Origin: Candidatus Pacearchaeota archaeon
GTDB lineage: Archaea > Nanobdellota > Nanobdellia > Pacearchaeales > GW2011-AR1
Assembly (NCBI GenBank): GCA_041656875.1
Contig: JBBACR010000001.1
Coordinates: 325,386-389,385, forward strand
Direction: 5' to 3'
Length of the DNA: 64,000 nucleotides
Part shown: positions 19,674-28,868 of the stretch, piece after piece
Numbering within the stretch: the stretch's first letter is position 1
How the letters are laid out: every line of letters begins with the position of its first letter
Notes under the pieces: generated by a model
What the model was told of the DNA's origin: nothing
The model's database searches: none
The model's input: only the letters and a program-made list of their open reading frames with translations
Program-made: the position numbers and the translations under genes

Positions 19674-21410
19674 TTAAAATCTTACATATACACATCTATC
19701 TAAAAAATCTTGAGGAAACATATGTCTATTCTGCGTAATTAGCCTGAAAAAATCGCTATCTAGAATATACGTTGTTGCGTAATCGTTTTCATTCCTAACT
19801 GAACGACCAACACCCTGTAAGACCGACAGTATTGTAATCCATGCGTACCAATCTTTATCTGTCTTCATTTTCGCATTTACGAATTTGTCCATGAGCGATG
19901 GGTAAGGAACTTTTGCAAATATTTGAAACCGGGACTTATCATTTCCTAAATCTAATCCTTCTAATAGACTGGGACCCATTAGAACTTTATTGTTTGCACT
20001 GCTAAAATCAAATAAAACATTTTTTTTATCTGAACTATTTATGTATGAAATAATTCTATCACTTTTTATGTTTTCATTCAAGTATACACTATTTGTGTAA
20101 CTTCCGGTGTGAATGATTCCATTCTCATTTTTGTGTTTTTCTAAAATTTCTGTTATTTTATTTGCAATTTTTGGCAAAGCAACTTCTTTATTTTTAAACG
20201 ACATGCTTACACCTTGATAAATTAATATTGGCGAACGGTCAAAATTGAATGTACTAGGTATTTTTCTATACTTTGCATTGTTTGCATTTATACTTTTTGC
20301 AAACAGCGTAGGTTCACCCATCGTTGCTGTCATCATGACAGCAAAGTTATTTTTGTCATGAAAATGTTTTTTCATGAGGTATTTTTCATTGATGCAATTA
20401 AACTGTATATTTGCACCGTTTTGGTTTTTAATCATTGCTCTAATATCAGTTGACGCAATAATTTGATTATAATCTTCAAATTTACAATGTAGATCTTTGC
20501 ATTCATCGCACAAGTTTAATCCTTTTCTCCATTCTGCTGGAACTGATTTGCCAGCATATTTTCTTCCTACGAATTTTTTTATTTCATCGGCGTGTTGAAC
20601 AAACGAATGAAGCATTTTCTCAAACATTCTGTTATGAATAAACAATTTTGCATTATCGTCTTCAGCAACAATTTTATTTATGATTTCTTTCAATTCATAT
20701 CCGCTATACGGAACTGCCATTGAATGTTCAGCAAGGAATCCTCGTAAACGTTCAAGCATAGGATATGTATTATCATTTACAATAGGACTAAAGTGTTTTT
20801 GTACAATGTTAACAACTTTATGCGCCTCATCGCATATAATAAAATCACGTTCATCAAATAACGCATGAGACGAATCCGTCATTTTTTCCAATACGTAATT
20901 CATTTGTATCAAATAATACGAATAGTTGAATATTGATGTTGGAGTAAAACTTGCGTAATCTCTTGCAAAATAATAAGGGCAGTCCTTATAACATGGTAGT
21001 TGTTTTGTTGCATTTGAATTTAAGTGCTTCATTTTACATTCACCAAGACTATGTTTTTCTTGGTTTTCTGTACAAAGATAATTATCAACACCTTTTACAC
21101 TTCCAAATCCTAAATGCAATTTCAATACGTCTTGTTCGTATTGGTCTTGTAATGCAAGATCTGATGATAGAATATATCCTTTTTTGCCGAATCTGTTTAA
21201 TACATATGAGGAGCATAATGCAATTAATGATTTACCGCTACCTGTTGGTGCGTCGATAAGATATATCTTTTTTTCTTCACCCATGCATGTTGCAACAACA
21301 TCAATAATTGCTTCTTTTTGACCTGTCCTGAACTCGAAATTTGTCCACCCATGATTTTTAACGAACATGTCAATATATTCGTTTATTTTATCTTCAAGTT
21401 CTTGATTCAT
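19674..21410 (-). CDS. DinG/Rad3-family SF2 helicase
   Basis: APTGSGKS, Cys cluster, CDEAH, EGLDL, KVPYP, QGVGRSVR. Confidence 0.92.
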   Translation of the reverse strand: MNQELEDKINEYIDMFVKNHGWTNFEFRTGQKEAIIDVVATCMGEEKKIYLIDAPTGSGKSLIALCSSYVLNRFGKKGYILSSDLALQDQYEQDVLKLHLGFGSVKGVDNYLCTENQEKHSLGECKMKHLNSNATKQLPCYKDCPYYFARDYASFTPTSIFNYSYYLIQMNYVLEKMTDSSHALFDERDFIICDEAHKVVNIVQKHFSPIVNDNTYPMLERLRGFLAEHSMAVPYSGYELKEIINKIVAEDDNAKLFIHNRMFEKMLHSFVQHADEIKKFVGRKYAGKSVPAEWRKGLNLCDECKDLHCKFEDYNQIIASTDIRAMIKNQNGANIQFNCINEKYLMKKHFHDKNNFAVMMTATMGEPTLFAKSINANNAKYRKIPSTFNFDRSPILIYQGVSMSFKNKEVALPKIANKITEILEKHKNENGIIHTGSYTNSVYLNENIKSDRIISYINSSDKKNVLFDFSSANNKVLMGPSLLEGLDLGNDKSRFQIFAKVPYPSLMDKFVNAKMKTDKDWYAWITILSVLQGVGRSVRNENDYATTYILDSDFFRLITQNRHMFPQDFLDRCVYVRF

Positions 21411-21442
21411 TATTTATCTAATCTTTTTATGTAATATATAAT

Positions 21443-21467
21443 TATATACATAAAGTAAAAAAAGTTT
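21443..21467 (-). promoter_or_regulatory. Class II promoter for the helicase, overlapping a + strand class III-like motif (21433-21441)
   Basis: AAACT-N12-TGTATATA on minus; AATATATAA on plus. Confidence 0.65.
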
Positions 21468-21470
21468 ATC

Positions 21471-21911
21471 ATGAATCAACGAATACCTACGTTTGACAAT
21501 TTCCTGTTTGAAGCAGGAATAAAATATGAACCTGGTTCGATTAGCGAACTATTAGCAGGACTGCGCGGTAACCAAGAGTTTTATGATTTTTGCAAAAAAC
21601 ATGGACATCCAAATCCACAAGCCTGGAATCCTATGGAATTTACGATGAGTTCTTGTACATTCGTTGCAAAATTTTTAGAGGAAAAAGGATTTGGTAAAGC
21701 ATTATCAAGTCACGGTCCATACGGCATGGCACCACATGCTTTTGTTTTGTATAACGGATTATATTATGATTATGAAGCAAGAGAAGGCGTTAAGAATGTT
21801 TATGACTTGCCAAACTTTCAAGATTTACGATACAATGTTAAAAAAGGTGATTCCTGGCCAAATTACAAAAAAGAAATAGTCAAAAACGTACAAAATTTTA
21901 ATTTTCAATAA
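21471..21911 (+). CDS. RIP-leader protein, putative papain/transglutaminase-like Cys-His-Asp fold
   Basis: MNQRIPTFDNFLFE; SCTFVA...PHAFV...YYD. Confidence 0.6.
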   Translation: MNQRIPTFDNFLFEAGIKYEPGSISELLAGLRGNQEFYDFCKKHGHPNPQAWNPMEFTMSSCTFVAKFLEEKGFGKALSSHGPYGMAPHAFVLYNGLYYDYEAREGVKNVYDLPNFQDLRYNVKKGDSWPNYKKEIVKNVQNFNFQ

Positions 21912-22825
21912 TGAAGCTACGAATACCAAATTTTGATGATTTTATATTTGAATCTAATTATGAATGGATTCCAATGACCGTTGCATCTGCTAAAATTGTT
22001 GCTGATGGCATGATAAAATTGTTTGCGCCAAATAGTGATGAAATTGCAAAAAACAAAAAAATTGCCGAACTTGTATTAGCTGCGCTAGAAAAGCATATTG
22101 AACGTATGAAGTATTTCGATAAATTTCCCGACTTCAAGAAATTGATTGAGGATAACGTAAAACATATAATTGCAAATGATAAACGTCATGGCATCGAACC
22201 TGAAGACCCAAACATGGTTAAGGCATATGCAATGGAATATGCAATGGAAACAATTTACGAAAGAACAAAGGGCCAAGAATCACAAGAAGAAAAAGACAAG
22301 AAAACACAAGTTACATTTTTCAATAAAGTTTTTAATGAAGGCGCGGCATTACGCACAAAAGCAATTACAAATGCTGGTTTGAAATTTTACAAACAGAACT
22401 TGTTTGCATTTGAGGAAATAAACAGAAAATTACGAACAGATCATTCAAAAATGAGTGAGCATGATTGGTCAGTTGCAACTGATGTAGGAAATGCAATTGA
22501 CTTATTTAAAACATCAAAAGAAGTAACGGTTTTCCGTATTATTGATTCTGAAGATTTTCCATTTTCATTAAGCAAAGGAAAAAAGTTTACAGAAAAAGGA
22601 ATACTGTCAACATCATTTGACATTAATTATCTTTTAGAAAACAAAGAAAATTTTGAATCACCAGTTATATTGCAAATAGTAGTTCCGTCTGGCACTACAT
22701 ATTACAGATTTCCGAATGATTTTGAATCAGAAGTAGTTTTTGATTGTGATCATGAGATTATAATAACTGATAATTCATACGAATATTTAGACACACCAAT
22801 CATAAAATGCAAAATTATAAAGTAA
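21911..22825 (+). CDS. RIP-leader VIP2/Alt-like (R-S-E) ADP-ribosyltransferase
   Basis: MKLRIPNFDDFIFE; INRKLR, VTVFR, EKGILSTS, I.VPSGT, ESEVV. Confidence 0.85.
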   Translation: MKLRIPNFDDFIFESNYEWIPMTVASAKIVADGMIKLFAPNSDEIAKNKKIAELVLAALEKHIERMKYFDKFPDFKKLIEDNVKHIIANDKRHGIEPEDPNMVKAYAMEYAMETIYERTKGQESQEEKDKKTQVTFFNKVFNEGAALRTKAITNAGLKFYKQNLFAFEEINRKLRTDHSKMSEHDWSVATDVGNAIDLFKTSKEVTVFRIIDSEDFPFSLSKGKKFTEKGILSTSFDINYLLENKENFESPVILQIVVPSGTTYYRFPNDFESEVVFDCDHEIIITDNSYEYLDTPIIKCKIIK

Positions 22826-22827
22826 CA

Positions 22828-23202
22828 ATGAATCAACGAATACCAAATTTTGATGATTTTGTTAATGAAGCAAAATCTGTTCCTAGAGAAAATACAGAAC
22901 GTGAAACTGTATTAGATTACATTATCAAAAACAAACAAGTCCGTTTAGAAAAGCTCAAGGAAATTAAAGCGCCTGAAATTATCATCACAGGAACTGAGAA
23001 CCAAATACATTTATTAAAATCAGGTCAATCAAAAATTAAAGGACTTGACATTTACGGTTCTAATATTTATAAAACGTTGGAATGGAGAAAAGGCAATGGT
23101 GGAGTTGATTTCATACAATTTGTAATGAATGATGATTCAGTTATAAATTATTTTCCAAATGCAAAATACGGAGCATTTTTCGCACCTAATACTAAAAAAT
23201 AA
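22828..23202 (+). CDS. RIP-leader protein
   Basis: Start moved to ATG 22828: MNQRIPNFDDFVNE. Confidence 0.8.
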   Translation: MNQRIPNFDDFVNEAKSVPRENTERETVLDYIIKNKQVRLEKLKEIKAPEIIITGTENQIHLLKSGQSKIKGLDIYGSNIYKTLEWRKGNGGVDFIQFVMNDDSVINYFPNAKYGAFFAPNTKK

Positions 23203-23522
23203 TGGAAAGCTTATATATCATAACAGACGGAGAAAAATACAAAATAGGTTATAGCAAAGACGTGGCTAATCGTAAGAGACAACTACAGACAGCAAACGGA
23301 TCTTTACTGGATATTGTATTTGAATTTGAAACGGTTCATGGAATGAAATTAGAAAGATCCATTCAACGGTCAATGAAACATAAAAACATTATCGGCGAAT
23401 GGTTTGATTTAGAAAAAGAAGATATTGCAAAAATAAAAGAACTTTGTATTTTGCAAGAAAAAAACTTTAACATCATAAAGAAAAATGAAACAGAGAATTC
23501 CTACGTTAGAGGACTTTATTAA
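23202..23522 (+). CDS. GIY-YIG nuclease, T5orf172/MUG113-like (no leader)
   Basis: LYII...YKIGYS....R..QLQTAN, LE, GEWF. Confidence 0.85.
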   Translation: MESLYIITDGEKYKIGYSKDVANRKRQLQTANGSLLDIVFEFETVHGMKLERSIQRSMKHKNIIGEWFDLEKEDIAKIKELCILQEKNFNIIKKNETENSYVRGLY

Positions 23523-23940
23523 TGAATCGTCGAATGAAATTTTCACTAGTTCTGACATTATAGATTTGCAAAAAAATGGTGCAAGACCAGACGACACTTG
23601 GCAATCAATAAAATCATCGGCAAAATTTCAAAAAATAGATAATGTTAGTATTTCAAAAATTAATTGGTCAGAAAAAAATGTTGATATTTTAAAGAAACAA
23701 GAACGCAGATTAAACCGATTATTCGATGAAGATGATGGCACACAATACTATAAAGATGCCATTAAAAGAGAACAGTCAGAATTACAGCATATACAAAATC
23801 TTATTCAAATGGTAAAAAGCAATAAAAAATTAAATCCGATTGTTGTAGATTCAAATTATAGATTGCTTGATGGTTTTCATAGAATAGGTGCATATCAAAT
23901 TGCAGGTAAAAAAACTATTGACATATTTAAAGAAATTTGA
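23485..23940 (+). CDS. RIP-leader ParB/Srx-like protein
   Basis: MKQRIPTLEDFINE; PIVVD....LLDGFHRI.A. Confidence 0.8.
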   Translation: MKQRIPTLEDFINESSNEIFTSSDIIDLQKNGARPDDTWQSIKSSAKFQKIDNVSISKINWSEKNVDILKKQERRLNRLFDEDDGTQYYKDAIKREQSELQHIQNLIQMVKSNKKLNPIVVDSNYRLLDGFHRIGAYQIAGKKTIDIFKEI

Positions 23941-23994
23941 TAATTTTTAAATTTATACTGCATGTGCCATTACAAAGAAAAATATACATACACA

Positions 23995-24741
23995 ATGAAA
24001 AACAGAATACCAGCATTTGATGACTTCATAGTTGAACGAGAATTTCCATTTACAGATACATCATTTGTTACACGGATTCTTACTAAATTAAAATCTCAAA
24101 TTTTAGAAAAAAATTTAGGAAACCTTGAAGTTGAAACAATTTTAAATAAAGCATTTAGAAGTTTTTTAGTTTCTTTTGAAAGTAACAGTGGACAATCTGC
24201 ATTTGATGATATGACTAGAGTCGGACTGATTCAATCACGAATTGACCAAGACGGCAACATAATTGTTGATTATGCAGATTATTTTTATGAAACATTTGAA
24301 GACGAAGAATTATATGATGAATTTGGAACAGTTCTTGCAAGAATTCTTGCGCATGAAAGAACGCATGCAGGCCAATTAGATAAAATACGAATGGGAAGAA
24401 ATTCTTATGACTTTTACAACATTTTAGGAAAAATAGGTAAAGACCCATCAAACCGTTTTAAATATTTGTCAAGCAAACAAGAAATGATGGCATTTGCGGT
24501 TGAATGCGTAGAAGAATTCAGAGGAATGGGATATTCCGATTCTGATATTTTACGTAAAATTAAAACACCGTTTAAAGACTATCAAGAATCCAATATTTTC
24601 TATTTATACATTGACTATTTCGATTATAGAGGTCATGTATTCGATAACGACGAAAAGGAAAGAAAAAAATGCAAAGACGTAATTGACGGATTCTTAAAAT
24701 ATATGTATCAATATATAACAAAACCGAAATCTTTAGAATAA
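23995..24741 (+). CDS. RIP-leader zincin-like metallopeptidase
   Basis: Start moved to ATG 23995: MKNRIPAFDDFIVE; LAHERTHAGQ and downstream Y....QEMMAFA. Confidence 0.75.
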   Translation: MKNRIPAFDDFIVEREFPFTDTSFVTRILTKLKSQILEKNLGNLEVETILNKAFRSFLVSFESNSGQSAFDDMTRVGLIQSRIDQDGNIIVDYADYFYETFEDEELYDEFGTVLARILAHERTHAGQLDKIRMGRNSYDFYNILGKIGKDPSNRFKYLSSKQEMMAFAVECVEEFRGMGYSDSDILRKIKTPFKDYQESNIFYLYIDYFDYRGHVFDNDEKERKKCKDVIDGFLKYMYQYITKPKSLE

Positions 24742-25205
24742 TGCAATTTAAACAACTATTAAATATGAATGAAGCAAAACAAATTTGGAACAAAAAAGTG
24801 TTCCTAGGTGGCACATGTAATGAATCTAAATGGCGTGATGAATTAATCAAAAAACTTAAGATTGACTATTTCAATCCAGTTGTTCCAGATTGGACCGAAG
24901 AATGCTATCAAGAAGAATTAAGACAACGGGAATCATGCGATTTTTGTTTGTACGTTATTACACCAAAAATGACAGGCAGTTATTCAATTGCTGAAGTAGT
25001 TGACGATTCAAATAAACGTCCAGAAAAAACTGTTTTTTGTTTTGTTTCAACAGATGAAGATAAAGAATTCGATAAAGCACAAAACAAAAGTTTGGATAAA
25101 GTTGGCGTAATGGTTGCATCTAATGGCGGTACTTATTTGAAATCATTAGATGAAGTTGCAAACTTTTTAAACATGGAATATTACATAGAGAATAATGAAA
25201 AATAG
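24741..25205 (+). CDS. Nucleoside 2-deoxyribosyltransferase-like protein with degenerate leader
   Basis: VFLGGT....WR, YFNPVV.DW, S.AE; N-terminus MQFKQLLNMNE. Confidence 0.8.
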   Translation: MQFKQLLNMNEAKQIWNKKVFLGGTCNESKWRDELIKKLKIDYFNPVVPDWTEECYQEELRQRESCDFCLYVITPKMTGSYSIAEVVDDSNKRPEKTVFCFVSTDEDKEFDKAQNKSLDKVGVMVASNGGTYLKSLDEVANFLNMEYYIENNEK

Positions 25206-26205
25206 AATACCTACATTTGAATCATTTGAATTTAATGATTGCACACAATTATTTGAATTATCGAATAATAGTACTTTATATCATCATTCAATGGCAAAAT
25301 TTAAAGTAGGTGATGTAATTACTTCACAGAAAAATGGTGATGGCGTTCATTGGCTTGCAAATGATCCAATGGAAATTGGATTAGAATTTTTCAGAAAAAA
25401 ACATTATCCTGATAGACCTTCACGTTTCGATTGCGTATATTCAAGCATAATCCCAAGAACGCGATTTTCAGACAAAGGATATTTATATGTAGTGCAACCA
25501 GTTGGAAGTCTTTTTATGACAGATTCAATGATTATTGATAGCTTAGGCGATGAATTTATGAGAGAACGAATGACCCCGTATTATGAAACATTAACTATTA
25601 ATGATTTCAAAAAAAATCCAGAGGAAGCTGAAAGAATTCTTTCTTATTATTCTGCAAAAAGATATTGGGATGGCGTTAAATCGCTGCCTAGGGAAAGATG
25701 GGGCGATATTGAAGTATTATCAAATTCCGCAATTGTGACACAGGTAATTGAAGATTCAGGAACAGTATTACGTCCAGGAATGGATGTTGTGGTTACGGAA
25801 GATAACATTATAGATGTGACAATGACTATTTATAATCAGCACCCGAAAGAAAATGATACTCAATTATTCGATAATGAACAAATTGCAACAATGTTAAGTT
25901 ATATTGAAAAACATATCATAAACGGCAAATTTGAACAGCAATCTTATAATAAAAATGTCTATGATATTCGCGGGTATTTAAGAAAAGATGCAAAACTTAA
26001 AACTACATTTATACGTACAAATTTAGCAAAAAATGTGCATACGTATGATACCGTAAAAGGAAAGTATAGTTTAATAACATTCGATTTATACATCGATGGC
26101 CATTTATTCAAACGTGCAAATGAAGCACCGCTTTTCAGACTTGAAACAGCAATGTATTTGAAAAATAAAGCTTATGATATTGGTATGTATCTAAAGAAAG
26201 TTTAG
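25195..26205 (+). CDS. RIP-leader protein with DUF2441/Arr-like ADP-ribosyltransferase-fold domain
   Basis: MKNRIPTFESFEFND; LYHHS...FKVGDVI, LE.FR...YPDRPSRFDCVY, LYVVQP, YW.G, IEVL. Confidence 0.65.
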   Translation: MKNRIPTFESFEFNDCTQLFELSNNSTLYHHSMAKFKVGDVITSQKNGDGVHWLANDPMEIGLEFFRKKHYPDRPSRFDCVYSSIIPRTRFSDKGYLYVVQPVGSLFMTDSMIIDSLGDEFMRERMTPYYETLTINDFKKNPEEAERILSYYSAKRYWDGVKSLPRERWGDIEVLSNSAIVTQVIEDSGTVLRPGMDVVVTEDNIIDVTMTIYNQHPKENDTQLFDNEQIATMLSYIEKHIINGKFEQQSYNKNVYDIRGYLRKDAKLKTTFIRTNLAKNVHTYDTVKGKYSLITFDLYIDGHLFKRANEAPLFRLETAMYLKNKAYDIGMYLKKV

Positions 26206-26383
26206 TAATACCAGCAGCCAAGGCATTCTTCGATTCTGTTATCAAATTCGTATAAATCAGATAACGTTTGCTCGCCTTCTGGAAATGGCTCGTTTGTTTC
26301 AATTTTTTGCAATAAATCTTTAAGGTGTTTTACAAGATCTGTTCTAACTTTATTCGTTAGTTCTATTTCAACACTTTTTTCCA

Positions 26384-26815
26384 TTACTTATTATCTATAA
26401 TATCTTTGATTGCTTTTTTGTTTTTGATAAAGAATACCTCAACTCCATCTTCATCGTCAATCGAATCCAATAAACCTTTACGTTTTAAATTGTAAAGAAA
26501 CACTGTTGACGCGCAGTTTTGTATTTCTAATAGCAATTCTTCTTCTGTAGGTTCTGTTAGATATAAACAAATAGTGCCGTCTTCGATAAAGTTTTTTAAT
26601 GTCTTTTCGCCATAAACACTAGTTATTGCTGCTTCATAAACTTCATCCGGCGCATCGGTAACCATCTCGTTTCTTGATGCAGCGTCATCAATCAATACTG
26701 CTTTTAATGTAGGAACAAACGATCTTAAGTAATCCTGAATTTCTTCAGGATACTTAGGAAGGTTATATGTATTATTGTTGAAAGTTATCATAATCCTCTT
26801 TACTTTTGAATTCAT
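26384..26815 (-). CDS. Hypothetical protein
   Basis: 143 aa acidic ORF. Confidence 0.6.
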   Translation of the reverse strand: MNSKVKRIMITFNNNTYNLPKYPEEIQDYLRSFVPTLKAVLIDDAASRNEMVTDAPDEVYEAAITSVYGEKTLKNFIEDGTICLYLTEPTEEELLLEIQNCASTVFLYNLKRKGLLDSIDDEDGVEVFFIKNKKAIKDIIDNK

Positions 26816-26993
26816 TAAACCCTGTGATAATTAGATTAGACGTACTTGTATTTCTATCCATTATTTGTTGTTTCAATTTTGAATACAATGGCATTGTTTC
26901 TGATTCAACGTAATGAATACCGTAGCCGGAAGCCGAACGTTCATCTTTTCGTCCTTCCATGTATATATAGTAAAAAATAAAATATCTCATTAT

Positions 26994-27173
26994 TTATCTG
27001 TAAAGAATTGTTAATGTATAACATACTTCGAGGTAATGTGTCGATTCCTTTGTTGATTGTGATTGCGTCATTTGCAATACTTCGATACCTTGAGCTTCTT
27101 CAGATATCAACCAATTATTCATACCATTTTCAATATCGCTAGGATAATTTCCGCTGATTACTTTTACTTTCAT
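26994..27173 (-). CDS. Small hypothetical protein missed by the ORF track
   Basis: 59 aa MKVKVISGNYPSDIENGMNNWL..., fills the gap between operon genes. Confidence 0.55.
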   Translation of the reverse strand: MKVKVISGNYPSDIENGMNNWLISEEAQGIEVLQMTQSQSTKESTHYLEVCYTLTILYR

Positions 27174-27174
27174 A

Positions 27175-28434
27175 TTACATTAAATATTTAATTCCGTTTA
27201 CTTCAATAAAATATCTGAACCAAGATTCATTACGAATCTCCGATTCTTTCATTGTTTTTTCTTCACTTCTGTAAGAATATCTGTCAGGTTTTTCTATATT
27301 GATAACTATTTTGTTATTCTTTTCATCTAATGTATACTTTCCAGTTACATAAGTACTTACCTTTTCTATATCAGATTGTACCCAACTGTACGAATTTCTG
27401 TATGGCTCATTAAGATATCCGTTGCCGACAAATTTAAATGTTCCACGACTTTTAGATATCATTGGATATAATGATGTTGAATATCCACGTGAGCATTTCG
27501 ATTTCCATTTTACAATTTCTTCGTCAATGTTAACAGCTTCTTCAAAAACACTTGATACTTTAATTTTGTTCAATGACAACAAATAATTAGCATTCGATTG
27601 TCGCATGTTAATTTTATTTGGTGCATAATTTGGCGGTTCATTTTTTAAAACTTTCAAATCATAACTTTGTTTTGCAAGATTATATGTATCGACAAATTCC
27701 TCAATAGAAATAACAGATTTTCCAGATGGCTTCTTTGTTATTACTTGTAATGATGTGAAGAATTCATAATCGCCATTTGAATCCATTAGCACATGTAAAC
27801 GTTCGTCTTTTATTGTGTAATGAGCAGAAGATCTGTACGCACTGAATGAATGACTTGCAGAAATACCCCAGCATTTGCCAATGTATGTGTATATTTTTTC
27901 ATTCTTCATTTCGATTTCATCACCATTCAACAAATCCGTAGGTTTTATTGTAATTGCATTTTTCTTTCTTGTTGATTCTGTGGCAGACTCATATAATGCA
28001 GAATTTGTTGCAAGTAAAGCAAGATCTTTACCTTCCCATGCCCATACACAAGTGCCAACAAGTTTTCCTTCAATGATTGTTGAATTGCAAACCAATGCAA
28101 CTAAATTTGCTGCTGTGATTTCAAGGTCAAATCCATAAGGATCTGATATTCTGAACATTGTTCGTCCAGAAGAAAACCATTCGGAACTTCTTTTATCAAA
28201 TTCACTAAAGTAAAAACCTTCACGTGGAATATTGTCGAGAACCTGTGGCGCAATATTTTTATCTCGCCATCCTTCCCAAGATGTCTCTTTACGTAATTTG
28301 CCTTTGTCTCTAAAAGTTGCATATCCAAGTAAATATGATGGGCCATCAAAGTATTCTCCATCTACACCTCTAATATGCTTATGCTGTCTTTTATTGAAAC
28401 CTACTTCAATTTTTTCAGGAATTATCAATGCCAT
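27175..28434 (-). CDS. Conserved-looking phage hypothetical protein
   Basis: 419 aa; LGYAT, SWEGWRD, DPYGFDLEIT..NL. Confidence 0.7.
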   Translation of the reverse strand: MALIIPEKIEVGFNKRQHKHIRGVDGEYFDGPSYLLGYATFRDKGKLRKETSWEGWRDKNIAPQVLDNIPREGFYFSEFDKRSSEWFSSGRTMFRISDPYGFDLEITAANLVALVCNSTIIEGKLVGTCVWAWEGKDLALLATNSALYESATESTRKKNAITIKPTDLLNGDEIEMKNEKIYTYIGKCWGISASHSFSAYRSSAHYTIKDERLHVLMDSNGDYEFFTSLQVITKKPSGKSVISIEEFVDTYNLAKQSYDLKVLKNEPPNYAPNKINMRQSNANYLLSLNKIKVSSVFEEAVNIDEEIVKWKSKCSRGYSTSLYPMISKSRGTFKFVGNGYLNEPYRNSYSWVQSDIEKVSTYVTGKYTLDEKNNKIVINIEKPDRYSYRSEEKTMKESEIRNESWFRYFIEVNGIKYLM

Positions 28435-28441
28435 AATTTAT

Positions 28442-28852
28442 TTAATTTTTAGTTAGTAAATATTTTAATTTTTCAATTTCTTGAAGTTTTTCTTCAATTT
28501 GTTTGTTGATTTCAGCATTTCTTTTTTTGTCTGCCAATTGTTGTGCTGTCATTTTTGCTTCTGCTTCCTCTTCTTGTATTTTATCTGCAAGTGTTTTTGC
28601 ATTTATTACAATAGGATCATTTAAAGGAAAAATACAAACTTCATAATCACTAATTGTTTTTTTAGGATCTGCTTTTCCACTATACGGACGATAGCTTCCT
28701 GCTTCTCTTATAAAATTTTTCAAAGCATCAATAGCACCTTTGGATGTTGCCCATGATGCTTTAGGTTGACAACCAGGATTAATAAATTTTGTATCACCAA
28801 CTAATCGAATGCGATACATGAATTTTTCTTTCGGCTTTTTAATTTTTGACAT
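28442..28852 (-). CDS. Hypothetical protein, paralog of the C-terminus of 28869..29969
   Basis: YRIR..GDTK...PG...K..W, DYE.C..P.NDPI shared. Confidence 0.7.
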   Translation of the reverse strand: MSKIKKPKEKFMYRIRLVGDTKFINPGCQPKASWATSKGAIDALKNFIREAGSYRPYSGKADPKKTISDYEVCIFPLNDPIVINAKTLADKIQEEEAEAKMTAQQLADKKRNAEINKQIEEKLQEIEKLKYLLTKN

Positions 28853-28868
28853 GACAATAAGATTTTAA

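Noticed and set aside
15590..26205. RIP leader as a Sec/Tat signal or RiPP leader peptide
   Set aside because: No hydrophobic core, twin Arg is not conserved, and the bodies are folded enzymes rather than core peptides with adjacent modification enzymes
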